From Myxococcales bacterium (GTDB lineage: Bacteria; Myxococcota_A; Polyangia; Polyangiales; DASUME01), in assembly GCA_047601445.1 (NCBI GenBank), contig JASGJH010000001.1, forward strand, positions 1,440,001 through 1,504,000: DNA of 64,000 bases, read 5' to 3'. The notes below the pieces were generated by a model. The model did not search any database. It was not told the DNA's origin and saw only the letters and a list, made by a program, of their open reading frames with translations. A program made the position numbers and the translations under genes. Numbering within the stretch: position 1 is the first letter of the stretch; each line of letters opens with the position of its first letter. Positions 19,626 through 29,209 of the stretch are shown here, piece by piece.

Positions 19626-20165
19626 ATGAAGGAAGAGCAAACAAGCGCGCGCTGGATGTTGGCTTCGTTGGTGGCGCTGCTGCTGGTCACGCGCCTCGCG
19701 CGAGAGGTCCTCGGGGTGCACTTGCCGGATGCCGCCGTGCCTACCTTCTTCTTGGCGGGATGCCTGGGGCTGGGCTCTCGCTCGCTGGCCGTTCTGCTGT
19801 TGGCCGCCGTGGGGGTCGACCTGGTGCAGTTCGCACTCGGCGCCAGCACGGCGTGCGTCTCGCCGGGCTATCCGCTCCTGTTCGTGGCCTACGCCGTGAG
19901 CTGGGGCACGGGCGCGCTCTGTCAGTCCGCCAAGCTCAGCTGGAAAGCCGCTGCTGTGCTGCTCACCGGAGTGGTGGCCTTCGCGCTGACCAGCGGCGGC
20001 TACTACTACCTCTCGGGGAAGTTCCCGCAGCCCGCGTTCGCCGAGTTCGTGGTGCGCAGTCAGCGCTATCTGCCCGACTACATGATCAATGTGCTGCTCT
20101 ACGCAGGCCCTGGCCTGCTGCTGGTCGAGGCCCTGCAGCGGACCGCGGGGCGCGAACGGGCTTGA
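19626..20165 (+). CDS. btuM: BtuM-type solitary S-component cobalamin transporter
   Basis: TR...HLPDA..FFLAG...D...G.STACVSPGY..L..AY...WG.G pattern recalled from BtuM, including the candidate axial Cys; last gene of a B12-riboswitch operon. Confidence 0.72.
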   Translation: MKEEQTSARWMLASLVALLLVTRLAREVLGVHLPDAAVPTFFLAGCLGLGSRSLAVLLLAAVGVDLVQFALGASTACVSPGYPLLFVAYAVSWGTGALCQSAKLSWKAAAVLLTGVVAFALTSGGYYYLSGKFPQPAFAEFVVRSQRYLPDYMINVLLYAGPGLLLVEALQRTAGRERA

Positions 20166-20274
20166 GGGAATTTTCGAAGCCGCCTGGGAATTCCTCCCTC
20201 GTGCGACCTTGGGCAATTGTTCCTATTCCTGATCGCCCTGCCGCCCCTCAAAGTCGCCCCCGGAGGACGACAGG

Positions 20275-20733
20275 ATGGTGACGCAGCAATGGGCCCGAGC
20301 AGGCCGCGGGGTACTTGTGGGGGCGCTGCTCGCCCTGGGCTGCGCCATGAATGCCGCGAGCGCACACGCCGACGGCCTGATCTGCTCGGCACTCGCGGCC
20401 AGCAGCGCGGGCGCCTCGGAGCCGCCCGCCACCGCCACCGGCTTCGCCTTCGTGCGCAGCTACAACCTCTACCGCACCCAGGCCCGCCCGTGGGCGCAGA
20501 TCCCCACAGGGGCAGCCCTGGTGCTGCGCGCCCCCGAGCACACCACCGAGAGCGACCTCCACAACGCGCTACGCGGCTGCGCCAAGCAAGCCAACGCAAC
20601 CTCGCCGCTGTGCGTGAAGGGCTCGAGCTTCCGCGTGCGCGCCGACGGCGAGCTCTACGTGGTGGAGATCACCGGCAAGGATCGCGCGAGCGCCCTGGAA
20701 ATTCAGCACCGCGCTGCCAACCTGCGGCGCTGA
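20275..20733 (+). CDS. Hypothetical secreted protein
   Basis: Signal peptide ending AHA; strong GC3 bias; RBS AGGA. Confidence 0.55.
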   Translation: MVTQQWARAGRGVLVGALLALGCAMNAASAHADGLICSALAASSAGASEPPATATGFAFVRSYNLYRTQARPWAQIPTGAALVLRAPEHTTESDLHNALRGCAKQANATSPLCVKGSSFRVRADGELYVVEITGKDRASALEIQHRAANLRR

Positions 20734-20751
20734 GCCAGCGCGCGCGAGCGC

Positions 20752-21711
20752 TCAACGGCCCATCGACTTCTTGACCGCAGTGCACACAGCCTCGAGCTGC
20801 GGCACGCTGGCCTGCTCGAGCATCCAGGAGGCGGGTGCGGGTGCGTCCGGGCCCGTGAGTCGCACCACCGGCGCACGCAGGGACTCGAACGCCTTCTCGG
20901 AGATTCGCGCGGCCACCTCGGCCCCCACGCCGCACAGGCCGTTGGCCTCGTGCACGATCACCGCGCGCCCAGTCTTGCGCACCGAAGCCAGGATGGTCGC
21001 TTCGTCGAGCGGCTTGAGCGTGCGCAAATCGATCACCTCGGCGCTGATGCCCTGATCCGACAGGCGCGCAGCCGCCTCCACGCAGGTGTTCACCGTCTTG
21101 GCGTACGAGATCAACGTCACGTCGCGCCCGGGTCGAACCACCGCCGCCTGGCCCAGCGGCACGATGTGATCGCCCTCGGGCAGCGCGCCCGGCGCGTGAC
21201 ACAGCGCGAGGTCGGTAAAGAACAGCACCGGGTTGTCGTCGCGGATGGCCGCCTTGAGCAAGCCCTTGAAGTCGGCAGCGTTGGAGGGCATCACCACCTT
21301 CAACCCAGGCGCGTGCACGAACCACGCTTCCAGGTTGTGGTTGTGCTGGCCGCCCACGCCCCAGCCCGCGCCCGAGAGCGTCATCACCACCATCGGGAAC
21401 GCGAACTGGCCGCCCGACAGGTAACGCAGCTTACCCGCGCTGTTCACGATGGCGTCCATCGACAGCGTGAGGAAGGGAGCGAACAGCAAATCCACGATGG
21501 GCCGCAGGCCCGTGGCAGCGGCACCGGCCGCGGTACCCGCGATGATGCCCTCGGCGAGCGGCGTGTTGCGCACGCGGCTCTGGCCGAACTCCTGGACCAG
21601 GTCGTGACGCTTGGTGGCGACGCCCTCACCGAACATCATCACGCGGCCGTCGCGCCGCATCTCTTCGGCAATGGCTTGGCTGATTGCGTCGTTGACGATG
21701 ACTTGTTGCAT
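20752..21711 (-). CDS. TPP-dependent 2-oxoacid/acetoin dehydrogenase E1 beta subunit
   Basis: RVRNTPLAEG, PGLKVVMPS, EVIDLRTLKPLD and SVRKTGRAVIVHE motifs. Confidence 0.92.
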   Translation of the reverse strand: MQQVIVNDAISQAIAEEMRRDGRVMMFGEGVATKRHDLVQEFGQSRVRNTPLAEGIIAGTAAGAAATGLRPIVDLLFAPFLTLSMDAIVNSAGKLRYLSGGQFAFPMVVMTLSGAGWGVGGQHNHNLEAWFVHAPGLKVVMPSNAADFKGLLKAAIRDDNPVLFFTDLALCHAPGALPEGDHIVPLGQAAVVRPGRDVTLISYAKTVNTCVEAAARLSDQGISAEVIDLRTLKPLDEATILASVRKTGRAVIVHEANGLCGVGAEVAARISEKAFESLRAPVVRLTGPDAPAPASWMLEQASVPQLEAVCTAVKKSMGR

Positions 21712-21727
21712 GGACTCTCGGGCTCCT

Positions 21728-22693
21728 TCAGGCGTACACGTCGGTGGTGAGTTCGGTGACATCGGGGGGCGGCGAGCTCTGGGCGAACTCGAGACCGCGC
21801 CGGACGTCCTGCGCCACGCGCTCCTCGATGGCCCGCAGGCGCTCGGCGTCGAGCTGGCCCCGCGCCAGCAAACGCTCGCGCTGCTGGGTGATGGGGTCGC
21901 GCGCACGCCAGCTCTCCAGCTCCGGCTTGGGCACATAGGCCATGTCGTCGGGCTCGAAGTGCCCGCGCATGCGGTAGGTATAGGTCTCGAGGAAGTACGG
22001 CTTGCGCTGCTCGCGCACGAAGGCAACCGCTTCGGAGGCGGCTCGATACACGGTCTCCACATCGTTGCCGTCGACGGTGGTCGCAGGCATGGCATGGGCC
22101 CGCGCCCAGACGCTGATGTGCTCCATGGGCATCGTCTCGCGACGCTGCACGTACGCTTGCCACTGATTGTTCTCGCACACGTAGAGGATCGGCAGGTTCC
22201 ACACCGTGGCCAGGTTGAGCGACTCGTGGAAGATGCCCTCGCAGGCCGCACCATCCCCGAAGAAGCACACCACGATGCCGTCGTCCGTGCCCACCATGCT
22301 CTGCGACAGGCCGACGCCCGTGGCCAGCGAGAGCTCCCCGCCCACGATGGTGGAGGTCAGGATCACGCCGAGCTCGCGCGCCGAGATGTGTAGGGTGCCG
22401 CTCTTGCCGCGACAGTACCCACCACTGCGACCGAGTACCTCGGCGAATAGCCGTCCCGTGTCGGCGCCGCGCGCGATCAGGTGACTCGCGCTGCGGTGGT
22501 TGGTGAGGATGCGGTCGTGGGAGGCGAGCGCGGCGATCACGCCCGCCGCGCTCGCCTCCTGGCCAATGGCGGTGCAGGTGCCAGCGGCCTTGCCGGCGGC
22601 CTGGAGCGACACCAGCCCCTCCTCGAAAGCGCGCGAGCGCATCATGGTCTCGAGCAGGGAGACCGCCTGGGGTTCGGAAATCGTGGGCTTCAT
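21728..22693 (-). CDS. TPP-dependent dehydrogenase E1 alpha subunit
   Basis: GQEA, GDGAACEGIFHESLNLA...CENN TPP motif and TYRMRGH. Confidence 0.92.
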   Translation of the reverse strand: MKPTISEPQAVSLLETMMRSRAFEEGLVSLQAAGKAAGTCTAIGQEASAAGVIAALASHDRILTNHRSASHLIARGADTGRLFAEVLGRSGGYCRGKSGTLHISARELGVILTSTIVGGELSLATGVGLSQSMVGTDDGIVVCFFGDGAACEGIFHESLNLATVWNLPILYVCENNQWQAYVQRRETMPMEHISVWARAHAMPATTVDGNDVETVYRAASEAVAFVREQRKPYFLETYTYRMRGHFEPDDMAYVPKPELESWRARDPITQQRERLLARGQLDAERLRAIEERVAQDVRRGLEFAQSSPPPDVTELTTDVYA

Positions 22694-22804
22694 CGTCGAC
22701 CTTTCGTACTCGCGATGAACCTACGGGGAGCTTTCGACCTGCCTTCCGGGGCGCTCGGGCGTTTAGGAACAAATTAAGGAAGGTTTGGCTGGGCCGCCGC
22801 GTCC

Positions 22805-23549
22805 TCAGAACTCCTGCACGGTCGGGCGGATGACGATTCTCGTTGACGTCCACATCGGCGGGCTGCTCGATCGCATAGGCCACCGCCCGCGCGACGGAAT
22901 CCGCAGGAATTTGCTGCTTGTAGAACTCGTCCAGCTGCTTGCGGCTCGCCGTATCCCCACTCCCGAGCTTGAGCTCCGACTCCACGGCGCCAGGGGAGAT
23001 GATGGTGGTTCGAATCTGCCGGCCCACTTCCACCCGCAGCCCCTCGGAGATGGCACGCACTGCGAACTTGGTGCTCGAGTACACGGTGCCACCGGGGGCG
23101 AACACCTTGAGGCCCCCCACCGAAGCCACGTTGATGAAGTGACCGCCTCCCTGCTTCTCGAACACCGGCAGGGCCGCCGCGATGCCGTAGAGCACGCCCT
23201 TCACGTTGATGTCGATCATGCGCTCCCATTCCTCCACGCGACGTTGTTGGAGCGGGGCAATCGCCATCAGCCCTGCATTGTTCACCAGCACGTCGAGCCG
23301 GCCGAAGGCAGAGACCACGTCCCCCACCAGCTTCTCCACCTCACGCTGCTTGCTCACATCCGCCACGAAGCCCTTGGCTCGCCCCTTGGCCCCCTCGATT
23401 TCGCCGACGATCTTGCGCAGCTTGTCCTCGCGCCTTGCGGCCAACGCCACGCTCGCGCCGCGCGCCGCCAAGTGCCGCGCCATGGCCTCGCCGATCCCGC
23501 TGCTCGCCCCCGTGACCAGCACGACTTTCCCCTGGATGTTCTGATTCAT
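22805..23549 (-). CDS. Short-chain dehydrogenase/reductase; apparent +1 frameshift at ~22837
   Basis: TGASSGIG, NNAG and YSSTK motifs; canonical C-terminus VDVNE-IVIRPTVQEF* is restored by removing one base. Confidence 0.92.
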
Positions 23550-23646
23550 GGCCACCTCTCGTTGATTGATGGCCTTCGATCTAAGCCGCGCCTGGCTCCC
23601 TGTGAAGGTTGACAATTCTGCATTCAATGGTGAGCTGCGTTCATCT

Positions 23647-24570
23647 ATGTCCGCCAAGCTGAGCGAGCTCTCTGCCTTCCTGTCCGTGGCCACCCACCTC
23701 AATTTCCGCGCCGCGGCCCGTGAACGCGGGATCACGCCCTCCGCCGTGAGCCATGCGCTCAGGAGCCTCGAAGAAGAGCTCGGCGTACGCCTACTCCAGC
23801 GCACCACACGCAGCGTCTCGCTCACCGAAGCCGGAGCCCTGCTCTTCGCGCGACTCAAGCCGGCCTTCGGCGAGATCGATCACGCGGTGGAAGCGGTGAA
23901 CAGCTTTCGCGAGACGCCCTACGGACGCTTGCGTCTGAACGTACCGCGCGCGGCGGGAGCCGAGCTCATGGGCGTGTTCGCGCAGCTCGTGAGTGAGAAC
24001 CCGGGGCTTACGCTGGAGGTCGTGGCCGACGACCGCCTAGTGGACATCGTGGCGGGCGGCTTCGACGCGGGCATCCGTTTCGGCGAAAAGCTCGCCAAGG
24101 ACATGGTGGCGGTGCGCGTGGCGCTGCCGCTGAGCTTTGCGGTGGTGGGGTCTCCCGCGTACTTCAAGGGACGAGCGCTGCCGAAGCACCCGGCCGACCT
24201 CGGCGAGCACCGCTGCATTCGCTATCGCTTCCCGAGTGGCGCCAACTTTCCCTGGGAATTCGAGAAGGCTGGCAAGACCCTCGAGGTGGACGTGCAGGGG
24301 CCGCTGGTGCTCGATGATCAGCAACTCATGATCGAAGCCGCCCTCAGCGGCGTGGGCCTCGCCTACGTGTTCACCGAGCGCGTGGCCTCCCAGCTGCAAG
24401 CGGGTCGCCTCGTGCGCTGCCTGGCGGACTATTGCCCGCCCTTCACGGAGCTCTTCCTCTACTACCCGGAGCGCACCTACGTCTCGGCGGGCCTACGCGC
24501 CCTGATCAAGCTACTCAAGCACACGAGCAAGGCCGCGCGCGCGTCGGGCTCGGCTCACAAATCGCGCTGA
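23647..24570 (+). CDS. LysR family transcriptional regulator (divergent from SDR)
   Basis: NFRAAARERGITPSAVSHALRSLEEELGVRLLQRTTRSVSLTEAG; DIVAGGFDAGIR. Confidence 0.95.
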   Translation: MSAKLSELSAFLSVATHLNFRAAARERGITPSAVSHALRSLEEELGVRLLQRTTRSVSLTEAGALLFARLKPAFGEIDHAVEAVNSFRETPYGRLRLNVPRAAGAELMGVFAQLVSENPGLTLEVVADDRLVDIVAGGFDAGIRFGEKLAKDMVAVRVALPLSFAVVGSPAYFKGRALPKHPADLGEHRCIRYRFPSGANFPWEFEKAGKTLEVDVQGPLVLDDQQLMIEAALSGVGLAYVFTERVASQLQAGRLVRCLADYCPPFTELFLYYPERTYVSAGLRALIKLLKHTSKAARASGSAHKSR

Positions 24571-25691
24571 TACACGCGGTATTTCTTGTAAATGGAAGCG
24601 CCCATGGAACGGATGCCGAGGTTGATCGGGGCGTCGTCCTCGCGGGTCCACGAGAGCTCCGCCCATTCGTAGCCCTTGGCCTTGCCGCGCTTCGCGACCT
24701 CCACGTACATGGCCGCAGAGAGCGCGCCGTAGCGCTTCACGTTCTTGCGCAGCTCGGCCCGCACGCCGAGCACGATGAGACGAGCAGACTTGGGATGCTT
24801 CACCTTGGTGCGCCAGAGCAGCTTCGCCCAACCGAAGGGGAACAGCTTGCCCTCGAGGTCGGCGATGACTTCGTAGAGATTCGGGATGGCGATGCACATG
24901 GCGCCAGGCTTGCCGTTTACCTCAGCCACGAAGGCCAGGTCCGGATCGAGCACCATGGACATGTCGCTGGCCATCTTGTCGAGCTCGGCGTTGCTCACGG
25001 GCACATAGCCCCACTTGCCCGCCCAGGTCTCGTTGTAGATCTCCATCACGATGCCGATCTCGTCGCGCAAGCGCTTGAGGTTCAGCGAGCGCAAGCGCAC
25101 CTCCTCGAGCCCTTGCACGTGTTCCCAGGCCCTCTGCGTGCGCGCGTTGAAGCCGCTCGCCACGTCGTAGCGCCAAGCGAACAGGTCCTTTTCCTTGATC
25201 AGGCCACAGGCCTCCGCGAGTCGCGCCTGGTAATCGCGGGAGTGGGACATGTCGAGCATGGGCGGGTGCTCGAAGCCTTCGATCAAGATGCCGGCCTCCT
25301 GACTCGCTCCGAGTGACATCGGCCCGTTCATGCGCCGCATGCCGCGCTCGCGCAGCCACGCGGCGGCGCGCTCCAGCAGGGCGCGCGCCACCTCGACGTC
25401 GTCGATGGTGTCGAAGTAGCCGAAGTGCCCCGTCGCGTCGTTCCAGGTGTCGAGCCAGGCCTTGTCCACCGTGGCCGAGATGCGACCCACGAGCTTGCCC
25501 TCTTGCCAGGCAGTGAAGAGCGCCACCTCGGCATGTTGGTGGAAGGGTTCTTTCTTGGGGTTCAAACGCTCGGCGATCATCATGTGCAGCGGCTGGACCC
25601 AGGCGGCGTCACCGGCGAACACGACCTTGCCCGCCTCGATGAAATCCTCGACGTCCTCTCCGGGCACGTGGCTGCGCAGCTCGATCGACAT
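24555..25691 (-). CDS. GNAT-fold protein (YghO-like)
   Basis: GRISA...GHFGYFD, WAGKWGYVP, AELSWTREDD and KKYRVY motifs. Confidence 0.8.
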   Translation of the reverse strand: MSIELRSHVPGEDVEDFIEAGKVVFAGDAAWVQPLHMMIAERLNPKKEPFHQHAEVALFTAWQEGKLVGRISATVDKAWLDTWNDATGHFGYFDTIDDVEVARALLERAAAWLRERGMRRMNGPMSLGASQEAGILIEGFEHPPMLDMSHSRDYQARLAEACGLIKEKDLFAWRYDVASGFNARTQRAWEHVQGLEEVRLRSLNLKRLRDEIGIVMEIYNETWAGKWGYVPVSNAELDKMASDMSMVLDPDLAFVAEVNGKPGAMCIAIPNLYEVIADLEGKLFPFGWAKLLWRTKVKHPKSARLIVLGVRAELRKNVKRYGALSAAMYVEVAKRGKAKGYEWAELSWTREDDAPINLGIRSMGASIYKKYRVYQRDL

Positions 25692-26147
25692 CCCACTTGC
25701 TTAGCCAAGAACCCAGGCGCTGTACACAAAACGCGGGTGAACCCGAATGGGGGGTGAAGCGGAGCCATTCATCGAACCAGGCACGATTTCCAGCTGTTCG
25801 TGGGCCTCTTCGCGAGCCCGTGGTCAACATCGTGACCGGGTGGAACTTCTTCTGTGCCCAGACCGCCTCGAAGCGACTCGCCTGCAAGGCGCCCCATCTG
25901 CCCGAGGAAGCCCCCGTCCTCGTGGCCGGCTTCGAGCACTCGGTCCAGCTGGCGTGCACCGCCGCCAGCGTCTGCGGCCTCGAGGCGGACGGCTCGGTGC
26001 AGTGTCACGGTGTCGCGAGCAACGCCGCGACCGAGCTCAGCGTGCGACCTGGCGCGCTCTGGCGGAGCGCCAACGCGACCCGTCTGTGTGGCGGCTATCC
26101 AGACGGCAGCCTGGACTGCGTCCAGCGCTGAGTCCTCGTGGGTCCAG

Positions 26148-26588
26148 CTAGCCAATCGGCTCGAGCACCACCACCGGCAACTCACGCTGCGTATGCTTTT
26201 GGTACTGCGACCAGGCCGGGTTCACCTGCTTGCCGCGCTCCCACAGGCGGGCTCGCTCGGTCCCTTCGGCCAGCCGGGCCTTGGCCTGGAACACGCGACG
26301 CCCTACGCGCACCGTGGCACTCGGATCCACGCGCAGATTCAGCCACCACTGCGGATCGCGCCGCGCGCCGCCGTCGGAGCCGACGACCACGTAGCCGCCC
26401 GCGTCCTCGAAATACGCCAGTGGCGTGGTGCGCGGTTGACGCGTCTTGCGACCGGTCACCGTGAGGAGCAGCATCGGCAGCTTGAGGTGCGCCCCGAGCC
26501 GCCCGTCGGTGGCTTCGTAAACACGGGTGTGCAGCTTGAAGAGCGCCTTGAGTACGCGCGCTCTCAGGTGACGTACGCGGGATGCCAT
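26148..26588 (-). CDS. Deazaflavin (F420H2)-dependent nitroreductase family (Ddn-like)
   Basis: LLLTVTGRKTRQPRTTPL, VVGSDGG...PQWWLNL and YQKHTQRELPVVVLEP motifs. Confidence 0.9.
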   Translation of the reverse strand: MASRVRHLRARVLKALFKLHTRVYEATDGRLGAHLKLPMLLLTVTGRKTRQPRTTPLAYFEDAGGYVVVGSDGGARRDPQWWLNLRVDPSATVRVGRRVFQAKARLAEGTERARLWERGKQVNPAWSQYQKHTQRELPVVVLEPIG

Positions 26589-26632
26589 GGAGCGGAAGCT
26601 TTACCCGGGCCGCTCACCGGAGCAACGCTGGC

Positions 26633-28298
26633 TCAGCGCTCCATGCACAACAGGCGCAAGGTGTAGTTCGTGCAAGTGGCAGGACTCGCGAAGTAGGTCC
26701 AGGCGGGCACGCTCGCCGCTAGTCCCACGGTGCAGGAGCTCATGGCATCCCCATACCAAATTGGTCTTGGTGAGGACCCAGTTGTCGCTTTGACTGCTCA
26801 AGTAGTTGCCGGCGGCGTCGAGCAGGAGCGGCACGCGGATGCTCCCCGAGATCAGGTCCGCGATGTTGTTGGCGACCACGAAGCCGTCCGCCCGCACCCA
26901 GGGGCCCGTGCTTGGCCAATTGCCGAGGCCACATTTATCGGTACCGCGCACGCCGCCCGTCGAGACGAGGCGGCACGGGGCCTCGTGACCGGTGTCGCTC
27001 AGCCACGCCACGAAGTTCGCGTGGTTGGCGTAGCCGGCGTCCTGCGCAGCGTCCTGGCAAAACGCGTCGGCCTTGTCGAGCAGGGAGCCGGAGGACGGAT
27101 ACGGGAACGGAGTGCTGGTGAGGAAGAGCGCCTTGCCCGTGCGCTCATGCAGGGTGCTCTTGGGGAAGAAGCCAGAGCCGCTCTGCACGCACAACAAGCC
27201 GCGCGTGGTGCTGCATCCGAAGCTGTAGTAGTCGTCCGGCAGATAGTCGCTGAGCGACGCAGTGGCCCAGGAGTACTGCCCGGACGACGCGCTGCTGGTG
27301 AAGCCCAGACAATCGCTGCCTCCGGCTTGCCCGTTCGCGTCGCCACCGGTCCAGATCGTGTTCCCGGCGTGCGGCGTGCCGTCGGCCTTGTAGTGCACCG
27401 TGCTCAGCCACTGCGCCTTGGCGATGCCCGAAGCTCCATTCACCACGGGGAGTCCGCCGAGGTCGAGAATCGGGGCCTCATCGACCGGCGCTGAAGCCAG
27501 TCCGCAGTGATCGGCCCAGCGCGCGTTCAAGCCGAGCGCACGACAGGCCGCGTCGAACTTCGCTCCGTTCGTGCCGGAGCTGATGAAGGCGCGGAAGGTT
27601 CCTTCGAGTCCGGCCGCATCGGCCTCCGCCTGGCAGATGATGTCACCCGCGGCTGGCCCCGACGCAGCGTTCGCAGCTGCTGGGATCCAGGTGCGCAGAT
27701 CGCCGTTGCCCGTGTGCTGGCTCGCGAACAGGACACGACTGCCGTTGCCGAGCCCATTGAGCGAAACATCGAGCTCGAAGTCGGGCCCGCTGACCTTGGC
27801 GACGTAGTCGATGGGCAGATGAACCTGGTTGAGCGATACGAGAACGGCCGTGGGCCCCGCCTGGGCCACCGAGAGCACCGCGAGATCCTGGGGCCGCGCC
27901 GGACTCAGCGAGACCTCGAGCGCCGCAGCATCGACCGCGCGATCGAAGGCCAGCTTGAGCTGCCCGTACGCCACGAAGCCCGTGTGGCTCGGGTCGGACA
28001 CCGGCGGCCCATCGTTTGCGTCGGGGCCGGCATCTTGGTGACCTCCGTCCGAGCCTGCGTCGCCGGGGCCGCCGTCGGAGCCGGGACCCGCGTCGCCCGT
28101 TCCGCCCCCGTCGAGCCCGTCGAGCCCGCCGTCCGCGTCGGGGTGTTGCGTCCCGCTGTCATGTTCTCCGTGCTGCATCCCAGCATCGGCCTGCGACCCC
28201 ATGGACCCATCGGGATCGAGCGAGCCCGAGCTGGCCGAGTCACCACAACCGACGACACTCGCGAGAGCCCACCACACCACGCGCCGGCCAAACTTCAT
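26633..28298 (-). CDS. Cys-rich lipoprotein with two DUF1554-like domains; apparent +1 frameshift at ~26759
   Basis: Lipobox VVGC; DAG-rich linker; twice AD..CQ..A..AG...F.A(F/W)(I/L)S; removing one base gives C-terminus ...CTNYTLRLLCMER*. Confidence 0.7.
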
Positions 28299-28447
28299 GA
28301 CCCAGGATCCTAACCAAAGTGGGGTCGCGTCCGGCCAGCAGAAAGCCCTCCCCCGAGGGGCCCACCGCCCTTTGCGCAACCTGCGCAACAAAGCGCACAA
28401 CGTGCGAGCGACTGGTTTCGATGCGGGGCGCGCACTAGCTTAAGGGC

Positions 28448-29116
28448 ATGGCTGCGAACCCGAGCGATGGCCTCGAGCGCGAGCTCTGGGTGCTGCGCCA
28501 AATCGCGCAGCTGGTGCCCGCCATGCTCGCGTTCTGGGATACCAGGGAACGCTGCTTGTTCGCGAACGAGGCTTACCGGGCTTGGTTCGGCGTGGCCCCG
28601 GAGAGGCTACCGGGCACGACCCTGGCCGAGCTCCTGGGGCCTGAAATCTACTCGCTCAACATTCCCTACATCGAGGGCGCTCTGCGTGGAGAGCGGCAGC
28701 ACTTCGAGCGCGAGTTCGCGGACCCTCAGGGCGGTCCTTCCCGCTTCAGCCAGGTCGACTACGTGCCCGTGGTGACCGATGGCGCGGTGAAGGGATTCGT
28801 GGTGCTCGTGCAGGATGTCAGCCGGCGCAAGAATCTCGAACTCGAGCTGCAACGCACGGTGGGGGAGCTCCAGACCGCGCTCTCCAGCGTGCGCACGCTG
28901 TCCGGGCTGTTACCCATCTGCGCCTGGTGCAAGAAGGTCCGCACGGACCAGGGCTACTACGAGCAGATCGAGTCGTTCATCACGGCCCACACCGACGCCA
29001 CCTTCACGCATGGTATCTGCCCCGAGTGTGAGGCCCGCGCACGCGACGAGCGGCCCGCCGTACCGGCCGGGCCGACCACCCCGACCGGGCCCGAAAGGGG
29101 CGAAAACTCCCGCTGA
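28448..29116 (+). CDS. PAS domain protein with C-terminal CxxC...HGICPEC putative metal-binding domain
   Basis: PAS (FANEAYRAWFG...VQDVSRRK), coiled coil, then LLPICAWCKKVR...FTHGICPEC. Confidence 0.85.
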   Translation: MAANPSDGLERELWVLRQIAQLVPAMLAFWDTRERCLFANEAYRAWFGVAPERLPGTTLAELLGPEIYSLNIPYIEGALRGERQHFEREFADPQGGPSRFSQVDYVPVVTDGAVKGFVVLVQDVSRRKNLELELQRTVGELQTALSSVRTLSGLLPICAWCKKVRTDQGYYEQIESFITAHTDATFTHGICPECEARARDERPAVPAGPTTPTGPERGENSR

Positions 29117-29209
29117 ATCCCGGGATTTCCTTGCTGCGCGTGCAGCCTTCCGGAGATAGTGGAGGCCCTTGCTAACGCGCGCTGGGCGCGTGCTTCGGAG
29201 CCCTGCCCC

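Noticed and set aside
22762..22779. TTTAGGAACAAATTAAGG as a fourth copy of the direct-repeat operator
   Set aside because: Half-site spacing is one base longer and it lies at an unrelated locus; too weak to call
21639..23858. 739-aa SDR 'fusion' ORF
   Set aside because: Read-through caused by the one-base insertion at ~22837; the extension is an off-frame reading of the E1 alpha gene
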